Positions 20,067-28,763 of a stretch of DNA of 64,000 bases are shown here, in pieces. Position 1 is the stretch's first letter. The number at the start of each line of letters is the position of its first letter. Made by a program: the position numbers and the translations under genes. This stretch comes from Candidatus Latescibacterota bacterium. GTDB lineage: Bacteria; Latescibacterota; UBA2968; GCA-2709665. The notes under the pieces were generated by a model. The model was not told where the DNA came from. It saw only the letters and a program-made list of their open reading frames with translations, and searched no databases. The stretch is taken from positions 4,160,001 through 4,224,000 of the forward strand of contig OZ242180.1 in NCBI GenBank assembly GCA_965205485.1. The letters are read 5' to 3'.

Positions 20067-22163
20067 ATGTCCAGATTCATCGGGGTCGACATAGGGGGCA
20101 CCTTTACGGACATCCTGGTTCTGGATGATTCAGCGCCGTCCCTGGACGTCAGGAAAGTACCAACGACCCCTGGCGATCCATCGCAGGGATTGATCGACGG
20201 GATCGACGCGCTCGGGCACGCGGACCGGGGAATCGAACTCGTTATCCACGGTACCACCGTGGCAACGAACGCCGTTCTCGAACGCAAGGGCGGACGATGC
20301 GGACTGATCGCCACCCGGGGGTTCCGGGATATCCTCGAGCTCCGGCGGCGCGACCGCCCTCATCTCTACGGGCTTACCGGAACCTATGAACCCCTGGTTC
20401 CGCGCGACCGCCGCCTGGAAGTCGCCGAGCGTATCTCGGCCGAGGGCGAAGTGCTTGTCCCGCTTGACGAAGACGCTGTCGTCTCGTGCGCGGAGAAGCT
20501 CGCGGCGGAACGCGTCGATGCCATCGTCGTCTCGTTCATGAACGCGTACGCCAATCCGATCCACGAACGCAAGGCAAAATCACTTATCGAGAATCGCTTC
20601 CCGGGAATCTACGTTGTCGCTTCCGCGGAGGTCCTTCCTCTGATTCGTGAATTCGAGCGAACCAGCACGGCCGTCGTGAACGCGTACGTCCAACCCGTTG
20701 TCAGCCGGTATCTGGCCAACCTGGAACGCAGCCTGAAGCGCAGGGGATACCGCGCAAATCTGCTGGTCATGCAATCCAACGGAGGCATGATACCTGCCGA
20801 CGAGGCAGGCAGATACGCCGTTCAGACCGTATTGTCCGGGCCGGCGGCGGGCGTAATCGCGGCGACGGCGATCGCCGCGGAAAACGAAGTTCGAAGTCTC
20901 ATTGCCTACGATATGGGCGGGACGAGTCTGGACGTCTCTCTGGTCACGGATGGCATTCCGGTGCAGGCTCACGGAACAGAGCTCGATTTCGGCATCCCGG
21001 TCCTGCTATCCATGATCGACATCCAGACCGTTGGCGCCGGCGGCGGCAGCATCGCGCGCATCGACGAAGGCGGCATCCTCAAGGTCGGCCCGGAGAGCGC
21101 CGGCGCGGACCCGGGTCCGGCGGGGTACGGACGAGGCGGGCATCTGCCGACGCTTACCGATGCGAATCTTTCGCTGGGTCGAATCAACCCGGAATACCCC
21201 ATCGGAGGACGGGCGGGATTCTCCTTTGACCTGCCGAAGGCCAGGGTTGCGCTGGAGAAGCACGTCGCCGTTCCGCTCGGACTTTCAGCCGCGGAAGCCG
21301 GGCACGCTGTCGTCGCCGTATCCAATAACCGTATTGCGGGCAGCCTGCGCCGGATTTCTATCGACCGCGGCCGGGACCCCGTTGACTTCACCCTCTTCGC
21401 CTTTGGCGGTAGCGGACCTCTCATGGTGGGGTTTCTGATGAATGAACTCGGTATCCCCAGGGGTCTCGTCCCGTATCAACCCGGTATCGCATCCGCCTGG
21501 GGCTGCGCGATCGCGGACGTGAAACGCGACTACGTGACGATGGTCAATCGCCGCCTCGACGAACTGGACGCGACTGAAATCCGGCGTATCTTCGACGACG
21601 ACCGGTCGCGCGGAAATGCGTTCCTCAGGCAGGTCGACGTCCCTCTCGGCCATATCCATCTGCTCCGCGAAGCTGACATCGCGTACGAAGGTCAGACCCA
21701 CGTCATCCGTACTCCGTTGACGGATGACGACACCAGCCCTGAAGGCATCGCGACGCGGTTCAGAGCGTCGTACCTTCGGCGTTACGGAAGCGCTCATCGC
21801 GGTTTCGGCGGCCTGGATGCACTGCTCGACGGTATTCCCGTTCGATTGCTGAACCTGCGGACCACCATTATCGGGGTGAGAAAACACCGTCCTTTGAGCT
21901 CATTGCTGGCCCCGCCGGAAACAACGCTGGATCAGGCGTTCAAAGGCCGCCGGGACGTTTGGATCGACGACGCGTTCGTTCCGTGTCCGACTTACGAGCG
22001 ATCCAGAATCCCCTGGGGTTCGGAAGTCTCCGGGCCGGCCGTCATCGAACAGTCCGATACGACCGTCTGGCTGGACCCTTTCCTCCGCGCCAGCGTTTTG
22101 GACGGCGGCACCTTCCTGGTCGAGTCAACCCGACGGGCGAACAGAGGCCGCGCCGAAGTCTGA
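20067..22163 (+). CDS. Hydantoinase A/oxoprolinase family subunit (second copy)
   Basis: VDIGGTFTD, HGTTVATN, LSGPAAG, DMGGTSLD, VGAGGGSIA, PGPAGYG. Confidence 0.9.
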   Translation: MSRFIGVDIGGTFTDILVLDDSAPSLDVRKVPTTPGDPSQGLIDGIDALGHADRGIELVIHGTTVATNAVLERKGGRCGLIATRGFRDILELRRRDRPHLYGLTGTYEPLVPRDRRLEVAERISAEGEVLVPLDEDAVVSCAEKLAAERVDAIVVSFMNAYANPIHERKAKSLIENRFPGIYVVASAEVLPLIREFERTSTAVVNAYVQPVVSRYLANLERSLKRRGYRANLLVMQSNGGMIPADEAGRYAVQTVLSGPAAGVIAATAIAAENEVRSLIAYDMGGTSLDVSLVTDGIPVQAHGTELDFGIPVLLSMIDIQTVGAGGGSIARIDEGGILKVGPESAGADPGPAGYGRGGHLPTLTDANLSLGRINPEYPIGGRAGFSFDLPKARVALEKHVAVPLGLSAAEAGHAVVAVSNNRIAGSLRRISIDRGRDPVDFTLFAFGGSGPLMVGFLMNELGIPRGLVPYQPGIASAWGCAIADVKRDYVTMVNRRLDELDATEIRRIFDDDRSRGNAFLRQVDVPLGHIHLLREADIAYEGQTHVIRTPLTDDDTSPEGIATRFRASYLRRYGSAHRGFGGLDALLDGIPVRLLNLRTTIIGVRKHRPLSSLLAPPETTLDQAFKGRRDVWIDDAFVPCPTYERSRIPWGSEVSGPAVIEQSDTTVWLDPFLRASVLDGGTFLVESTRRANRGRAEV

Positions 22164-22201
22164 GGGGAGAAGATTCATCCGCAACGAGGGGCAATTTCGC
22201 A

Positions 22202-23926
22202 ATGGATCCGATCATTCTGGCCGTTATCCGCGGCAGCCTGGAGCAGATCGCCGACGAGATGGATGCCACGCTCGAACGCATGGCTTTTTCTCCGGTGATT
22301 TCCGACGGATTCGACCGGGCCAGTGGCATCTATGCCGCAAACGACGGAGCGGTCATCGTTCAGGGGCCTCGCGGCCTGCCCAATTTTATCTGCGTGATGC
22401 AACACACCGTGCATTCAACCATCGCCCATTTCGATGAGCCCGCCGAGGGCGACATATATATCGTCAACGACCCCTACCTGGGCGGCACGCACCTGATGGA
22501 CGTAAAGCTGATCAGACCATTCTTCTATGGAAACAGGCTCGCGTTTTACCTGGCCAACAGCGGGCACTGGCCTGACATCGGCGGCCGGGTTCCAGGCGGG
22601 TTCTCTTCGAAGGCCACAGAGGTATTTCAGGAAGGATTGCGGCTGCCTCCGCTCAAGCTCATGGACGAGGGCAGGCTCAATCAGGAAGTGGTCGACGTCA
22701 TCCTGCACAACGTTCGCGTACCCGGCGAACGACAGGGGGACATCATCGCTCAGGTGGCATCGCTGAACCTCGGCGCCGATCGGCTGACGGCATTATTGGA
22801 CCGTTACGGCGAAGCGACCGTATTCGAGGTCGTCAGCGAACTGGAGCACCGTTCCGAGAAGATGATGCGGAAACACATTGCCGCCATTCCGGATGGTCGT
22901 TACGCCTTTGACGAATACATGGACAGCGACGGCGTGGATTGGAAGCCGTTGCATATCCGTCTCGAAATGACAGTTGACGGCGACAGCGTTCACATCGACC
23001 TCTCGGACAGCAGCCCGGCGTGCCGCGGTCCTCTCAACAGCGTATTGAGTACGACAATGGCAGGCGTTTTCATCGCGTTCAAGCACTTCTTCCCGGATGT
23101 ACCCATCAACAGAGGCTGTTTCAAACCCTTTTCCTTCAATATTCCGTCCACCACCTTTCTGCACGCCCTGCCGCCGCGTCCCGTGTCCGGCTGCGCGGCG
23201 GAAGTCTGTCAGCGAATGATCGACGCGGTACTGGGCGCAATGAGCCAGGCCGTACCGGACCGCTGCTACGCCGGTCCCATGGGAACCGTCACCAATCTCT
23301 CCGTGGGCGGCGACGATCCGGAAGGGGGATATTTCGTATTCTATTCCTTTATTGGCGGAGGCTACGGCGGAAACTACCGGACGGACGGGCTCACCAACGG
23401 CAATCCCACCATCGCCGTCGCCCGCACGCAGGCGTTGGAGATCTTCGAATCCCGGTACCCCGTACTCTTCGAATCCTACGCCCTCCGCGAGGACTCCGGC
23501 GGGCCCGGGCGCCGCAGGGGCGGATTCGGCGTGGTACTCGAATTCGTGCTCAGACGCGGCGAGGCCAGCGCCTCCCTTCTCGGAGACCGGGGTCGGTTCC
23601 GTCCCTTCGGCGTACTCGGCGGCAAGCCGGGCAGGAATGCCGAACATACGTTTACGCTGCGCGGCAAACCTTACCGCCCACCCCACATCACGAAGGACGA
23701 GGGCATCCATATGATCGAAGGCGACCGCCTGCGGCTCGAAACCCCGGGCGGCGGCGGATACGGTGCTCCCATCCTGCGATCGGCGGAAGCCGTCCTGGAA
23801 GACGTAAGGCGGGGCTATTATCCGAGTGAGGTCGCGGAAGCGGAGTACGGCGTTGTAATCAGGCCCTGCACGCTTGAAATTGACGGCCCTGCGACAAACA
23901 GGCTGCGGAACTCACGAGCGGATTGA
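22202..23926 (+). CDS. Hydantoinase B/oxoprolinase family subunit (second copy)
   Basis: MDPIILAVI start, NDPYLGGTHLMD, HWPDIGG, QEGLRLPP, DSGGPG..RGG, TPGGGGYG. Confidence 0.9.
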   Translation: MDPIILAVIRGSLEQIADEMDATLERMAFSPVISDGFDRASGIYAANDGAVIVQGPRGLPNFICVMQHTVHSTIAHFDEPAEGDIYIVNDPYLGGTHLMDVKLIRPFFYGNRLAFYLANSGHWPDIGGRVPGGFSSKATEVFQEGLRLPPLKLMDEGRLNQEVVDVILHNVRVPGERQGDIIAQVASLNLGADRLTALLDRYGEATVFEVVSELEHRSEKMMRKHIAAIPDGRYAFDEYMDSDGVDWKPLHIRLEMTVDGDSVHIDLSDSSPACRGPLNSVLSTTMAGVFIAFKHFFPDVPINRGCFKPFSFNIPSTTFLHALPPRPVSGCAAEVCQRMIDAVLGAMSQAVPDRCYAGPMGTVTNLSVGGDDPEGGYFVFYSFIGGGYGGNYRTDGLTNGNPTIAVARTQALEIFESRYPVLFESYALREDSGGPGRRRGGFGVVLEFVLRRGEASASLLGDRGRFRPFGVLGGKPGRNAEHTFTLRGKPYRPPHITKDEGIHMIEGDRLRLETPGGGGYGAPILRSAEAVLEDVRRGYYPSEVAEAEYGVVIRPCTLEIDGPATNRLRNSRAD

Positions 23927-23973
23927 TCCGTATCGTCCGGCGTATTGCATCGTCAACGCGGCGGGTTTTCCGG

Positions 23974-24744
23974 TTACATTGTACGCGCCAGCAGTCCGCC
24001 ATCCACGACGAGCGACGTGCCGGTGATAAACGACGCCTCGTCGGAAGCCAGGAAGAGTACGGCGGACGCGATGTCGGCCGGCGTGCCAACCCGTTTCGCC
24101 GGCACCATTTCGGCCAACCTGCGCCGTTCATCGGCGGAGACTTCAACCCGGTCCCAGAGCGGCGTCTGAATTGCGCCGGGAAGCACGGCATTTACGCGGA
24201 TTGAGGGCCCGTAATCCAGCGCCAGGACCCGTGTAATGCCCAGCACGCCGGCCTTGGCGGCATCGTAGGCGGTGTTGGTCTCGAACCCGACCAGCGAGTG
24301 CACCGAACCCGTGTTGACGATCGACCCGCCACCGGTCTTCAACATTGCCGGTATCGCGTACTTGGCGGCCAGGTAGATCGCTTTCAGCCCCGTGTTCAAC
24401 GTCCTGTCCCACACGGATTCTTCCAGTTCCGTGGCCGGCGCATTGCGATACCAGATCGCGTTGTTGTGGAGAATATCCAGCCTGCCGAACGCTTCCACCG
24501 TCCGCGCGACCATCCGGCGCACCTGCCGTGCCTCACTCACGTCGGCTTCGACAAAAACCGCCTCTCCACCGTTGGCTTCAATGCTGTCCACGGTCTGCAA
24601 ACCGCCCGTCACGTCGACGTCCGCCACGGCTACGCGGGCGCCTTCCGCAGCCAGAAGGGTCGCCGTACTCTCGCCGATTCCCGATGCCGCTCCCGTTACA
24701 ATGGCGCCCTGACCCGCGACGCGTCCCGATATGTGATCTCCCAT
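23974..24744 (-). CDS. Short-chain dehydrogenase/reductase
   Basis: TGAASGIG, HNNA, YDAAK, IRVNAVLPG, ITG..LVVDGG; AGGGAGG RBS. Confidence 0.92.
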   Translation of the reverse strand: MGDHISGRVAGQGAIVTGAASGIGESTATLLAAEGARVAVADVDVTGGLQTVDSIEANGGEAVFVEADVSEARQVRRMVARTVEAFGRLDILHNNAIWYRNAPATELEESVWDRTLNTGLKAIYLAAKYAIPAMLKTGGGSIVNTGSVHSLVGFETNTAYDAAKAGVLGITRVLALDYGPSIRVNAVLPGAIQTPLWDRVEVSADERRRLAEMVPAKRVGTPADIASAVLFLASDEASFITGTSLVVDGGLLARTM

Positions 24745-24998
24745 TGCGTACCTCCCTTGTGGTAGTCTTACCATACCTCACTTGCCGAAGTATTCACGAA
24801 TTATCCGCAGCTCCGCCCGGAAATGCCTATCTTTAGGTGGAGACGAACGCATACCTGCCCCCGGGTGTCGAACGAAGACATTCACTGCGAAGCAGGTTTT
24901 TGCCCGCAGCGGGGCGAAAGAACAGTTGAACGGGCGGAAACGCCCGGGGCTGCCGGATGACTCGGACCCGTCGACGTGGTCCGGCGCCGATAGACAGG

Positions 24999-25778
24999 AT
25001 GAAACCCATGGCGCCAGTCGCACTCGTAACGGGTTCGAGCCGGGGGATCGGCCGGGCTATCGCAATTTGTCTGGCCGACGCCGGTTATGACATCGTCGTC
25101 AATTACGAAAAAAACCGTGATGCCGCGAAGCAGACTGCCGGCGAGATCCGAAAGAGAAATCGCCGGCCGCGCATCTGCGGCGCGTCTGTCGCGGTTCGCG
25201 AGGACAGCCGGCGTCTGGTCGAGTTTACGATGGAAGCGTTCGGCCGTATCGACCTGCTCGTGAACAACGCCGGCATCGCCCCGCGCGCCCGTGCGGATAT
25301 CCTCGAAACGACGCCCGAAAGTTACGATGAAGTTCTGGACACCAACCTCAAGGGCCCCTACTTCCTGACCCAGCTTGCAGCCACGCAAATGATTCAACTC
25401 ACCAGAAACGGGATCGTGCCGAAGGCCAGAATCGTCAACATCACGTCGATCTCAGCCTTCGCGGGCTCCACGTCCAGGGGCGAATATTGCGTCTCCAAGG
25501 CGGGCCTCAGCATGATGACAATGCTCTTCGCGGTCAGATTGGCGGAACACGGAATCACCGTCAACGAAATCCAGCCCGGCATCATCAGAACGGATATGAC
25601 GGGCCCGGTCAGGAAGAATTACGACCGGCGGATCGCGAAAGGCCTTACGCCCATTCGGCGCTGGGGCCTGCCCGACGACGTTGGGAAAGCCGTAGCCGCC
25701 GTGGCTCTGGGTTATTTCGATTTTACAACAGGCGCGGCGATCCCGGTCGACGGCGGCTTTCACCTGCGGCGCCTCTGA
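24999..25778 (+). CDS. Short-chain dehydrogenase/reductase (3-ketoacyl-ACP reductase-like)
   Basis: TGSSRGIG, NNAG, YCVSK, PGIIRTDM, VDGG. Confidence 0.9.
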   Translation: MKPMAPVALVTGSSRGIGRAIAICLADAGYDIVVNYEKNRDAAKQTAGEIRKRNRRPRICGASVAVREDSRRLVEFTMEAFGRIDLLVNNAGIAPRARADILETTPESYDEVLDTNLKGPYFLTQLAATQMIQLTRNGIVPKARIVNITSISAFAGSTSRGEYCVSKAGLSMMTMLFAVRLAEHGITVNEIQPGIIRTDMTGPVRKNYDRRIAKGLTPIRRWGLPDDVGKAVAAVALGYFDFTTGAAIPVDGGFHLRRL

Positions 25779-25810
25779 TTCCTGGAAAACATCTGTTCTC
25801 GACCGGGAAA

Positions 25811-25839
25811 TTGACTTATCGGCAGTCCGTCGTTATATT
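25811..25839 (+). promoter_or_regulatory. Sigma70-type promoter upstream of the Cys-rich protein
   Basis: TTGACT-17 nt-TATATT. Confidence 0.6.
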
Positions 25840-25992
25840 TTAACCGACCTGTCAACGTCGGGTCTTGTGTTTTTTGAAAAGCCGCTTCGCAGGCAACAAA
25901 CGCGGGATCAGGGCCCGTTTCAGCGGTATTCAGCGTTCGTCTATCCGCCTGCGAGTTCAAGTGACGCGGGCTTTAAATTCGGGTGAGGCCTT

Positions 25993-26766
25993 ATGTTAAA
26001 GGGGATCTTCAAGCGCGACGAGGAAGAAAACCCGGCTTCGAGTCGCGAGAAACAAATCGTTATCGAGGGCCAGACGGAAGAAGTCGAAGAAGCCATGCAC
26101 CTGCTTTCCGAGACCGACTCGGACGACCTCGACGAAACGATGGAAGAGATCGACGCCGCCGTCAGGAAGGCCGCCAAAACCACACTCCAGGACATTCGGA
26201 TGATGGAGGAAGGCCGTTGCCCGGCCTGCGGCCAGAAGACGCGGCAGTTCCTCTTTACCAGCGTCTGCGCAGGCTGCGGATGGTTTTCGTTCATCTCGCC
26301 CGAAGAGGGCAAGTCCATCATCCACCTCAAAACCGGGCATAATATCGAATGCGGCACCACGTTCGACACCCAGGGCGACTATATCCTGGGAATTACGGAC
26401 GGCGTGGTACGTGCGAAAGTCACCAAAGATAACGTGCAGCACATAGAATACGTCTGGTCCGACGAGGAAATTGAAAAAAAGCGCACGGCGCGCGCGCGCG
26501 AGCAGGCCGGCATCTGCAGCTGGTGTGAAAAGAGCCTGATACAGGCCGAAGAGGACGTCATCGTCGTCTACGCCGCGTTCGGCAGCTATCAGGACCGGTA
26601 CGTCTTCTGCTCGCAACGATGCTGTGAAGCGTTTCAGGGGCAATACCCGATCCGGGTGCACAAGAACTGCTACAACCGGACCTGTCCGGATTGCGATCTG
26701 TGCATCAAGAAATTCAGCGGCGAAGACGAGACGATTCTCCGTCAGCTCCACACGGTAGACGAATAA
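25993..26766 (+). CDS. Hypothetical Cys-rich multi-zinc-finger protein
   Basis: GGGTGAGG RBS; acidic helical N-terminus; CPAC, CAGC, CSWC, FCSQRCC, HKNC.4.CPDCDLC. Confidence 0.8.
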   Translation: MLKGIFKRDEEENPASSREKQIVIEGQTEEVEEAMHLLSETDSDDLDETMEEIDAAVRKAAKTTLQDIRMMEEGRCPACGQKTRQFLFTSVCAGCGWFSFISPEEGKSIIHLKTGHNIECGTTFDTQGDYILGITDGVVRAKVTKDNVQHIEYVWSDEEIEKKRTARAREQAGICSWCEKSLIQAEEDVIVVYAAFGSYQDRYVFCSQRCCEAFQGQYPIRVHKNCYNRTCPDCDLCIKKFSGEDETILRQLHTVDE

Positions 26767-26785
26767 GTACGTTCCGGACGTCCTG

Positions 26786-28714
26786 TCAAGTCACGTCGCC
26801 GGTGATCCCGCGTTCAGATCCGCCTGCAAACGCGCCTTCCGGCTGCTGCTGCTCGTCGTAGAGCCTGCCGTATACCCCGCCGCGGGACAGCAGTTCTTCG
26901 TGGGTTCCCCATCCCGCCATTCGTCCCCTGTCGAGTACCAGAATCCTTTCCGCACGGGCGGCCGTTGAGATCCGGTGCGTGATGACGAATGTCGTCCGTC
27001 CCGCCATGACCCGATCCAGGGTCTCCTGAATCCGCGCCTCGGTGCCGGCGTCGAGGGCGGACGTCGTGTCATCGAGAATCAGAATGGCGGGGTCGGTCAA
27101 TAACGCCATGGCCAGCGCCAATCGCTGCTTCTGGCCGCCAGACAGGTTGCCGCCGCCTTCTTCGACCATGTACTCGTATTTTTCGGGCAGGCTCATGATG
27201 AAGTCGTGCAATTCCGCTCGCCCTGCAGCCTCCATAATCTGATCCGGCGTTGCGCCGTCCCGGCCGTATACGATATTCTGGGCGATCGTACCTGAAAACA
27301 GCACGGGCTCCTGCGGCACCATGCTGACGTGCCGGCGGATGCTCGAAAGACGGACGTCGCGAAGATCGTAGTCATCCAGCAGAATATTTCCCCCGGTCGG
27401 TTCGTACAGCCTCAGCAACAGGCTTAACAGCGTACTCTTGCCGGAGCCCGAAGGCCCCACGACCGCCACCGACGCGCCGGCCTGCACTGAAAAGGTCAAG
27501 TCCTCTATTACGTCACCCGCGACGGCGCTGTATTGGAACCGGACGTTTCGGAAAATGACTCGACCCCGCACCTGTTTCAGCGGGATCGCGTTGGGCCGGT
27601 CGCGGATCGAAATCTCCTCGTCGAGGACTTCGAATACCCTCGAGACAACGACCGCCATCTGCCGGAAGACCATATTCACGTTGGCAAGCGCCACCAGCGG
27701 CATAAACAGACTGGAGAGCGACATATTGAAGAAAATCAGTTCGCCCACCGTCAGGTCCCCCCTTCGAACCATCAGCGCGCCCCAATATAGAATGAGCGCA
27801 ACGGCGATAGCGCTTATGGACGCGCAGGCGGCACGAAGACTCGCGTTCAACATGGAATTGCGAATTGAAAGCCTGAAAATCGTGACCAGGCGTTTGAAGA
27901 ACATCCTGCGTTCGTACCGTTCTTTCGCAAACGAATAGACCACCCGTATGCCGCGGACCCGTTCCTCCAGAACTCCGTACGTGTCGGAATACGCTTCTCG
28001 CATGCGGGCGAACGTCTCCGAAACAGGCCGCTGGAACAGCTTGTAGGTAATCGCGTAAAGGGGCAGCGCCAAAAACGCCAGCACCGCGAGTTCCACGTTT
28101 ATCAGCAGCAGGACCACAATGCCTATCACGATCTTGGAAATATGGCCGATCGCTTCGACGAGTGTCGTGGTGACCTCGCTTTCCAGCAATTGAACGTCAT
28201 CCAGGATACGCGACATAATCTTGCCGGTCTGCTTTCTGTCGAAAAACGTCATTTGCAACTTCTGCACCTTCTGGTGCAGATCGAGCCGCACGCGGTACAC
28301 GATTCGATTGCCCACAAAAGCAATGTTGTAGTTATATAGCCAAGTCAGCCCCGCGAATGCGAAACGTACCGTCAGGTACAGGGCAAACACCGCCCAGAGC
28401 CATTGGATTTTCTCGGTGCGGCTCTTCGTCGCCGCAGGGCGGTCTACGTCCCACCCGTGCGGCAGAACCCGCTCCGGGTCCCGGGCCGCGCGGTCTTCCG
28501 CCGAATCCGCCCGAGGCCCGTCATTCGACCTGCCGCTGGACGTTTCCTCCGCCAGGGGCCTGATCTGCAGGACGTCGTCAATCGTTGTCTTGGTGATGAA
28601 TCCCAAAACGTAGAAATACGATCCGGATATCCCTGCAAGGCCCATGACCAGCACAACGCGAAAACGGAACGGCCGTACATACGTCCTGATGAATCTGGAG
28701 AAATTGGAGTTCAT
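26786..28714 (-). CDS. ABC exporter half-transporter (TMD+NBD), degenerate Walker B
   Basis: Multiple TM helices; GPSGSGKST, LSGGQKQR, ILDDTTS, ITHR. Confidence 0.92.
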   Translation of the reverse strand: MNSNFSRFIRTYVRPFRFRVVLVMGLAGISGSYFYVLGFITKTTIDDVLQIRPLAEETSSGRSNDGPRADSAEDRAARDPERVLPHGWDVDRPAATKSRTEKIQWLWAVFALYLTVRFAFAGLTWLYNYNIAFVGNRIVYRVRLDLHQKVQKLQMTFFDRKQTGKIMSRILDDVQLLESEVTTTLVEAIGHISKIVIGIVVLLLINVELAVLAFLALPLYAITYKLFQRPVSETFARMREAYSDTYGVLEERVRGIRVVYSFAKERYERRMFFKRLVTIFRLSIRNSMLNASLRAACASISAIAVALILYWGALMVRRGDLTVGELIFFNMSLSSLFMPLVALANVNMVFRQMAVVVSRVFEVLDEEISIRDRPNAIPLKQVRGRVIFRNVRFQYSAVAGDVIEDLTFSVQAGASVAVVGPSGSGKSTLLSLLLRLYEPTGGNILLDDYDLRDVRLSSIRRHVSMVPQEPVLFSGTIAQNIVYGRDGATPDQIMEAAGRAELHDFIMSLPEKYEYMVEEGGGNLSGGQKQRLALAMALLTDPAILILDDTTSALDAGTEARIQETLDRVMAGRTTFVITHRISTAARAERILVLDRGRMAGWGTHEELLSRGGVYGRLYDEQQQPEGAFAGGSERGITGDVT

Positions 28715-28763
28715 GAATCGCGCCTGAGTTGCCGCATCCGGCTGCTTCCGACCACGTCGTTTC

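Noticed and set aside
25880..25960. SRP (4.5S) or 6S RNA
   Set aside because: TCAGG..CAGC is reminiscent of SRP, but the GNRA-capped helix-8 consensus is missing; kept only as an unassigned leader.
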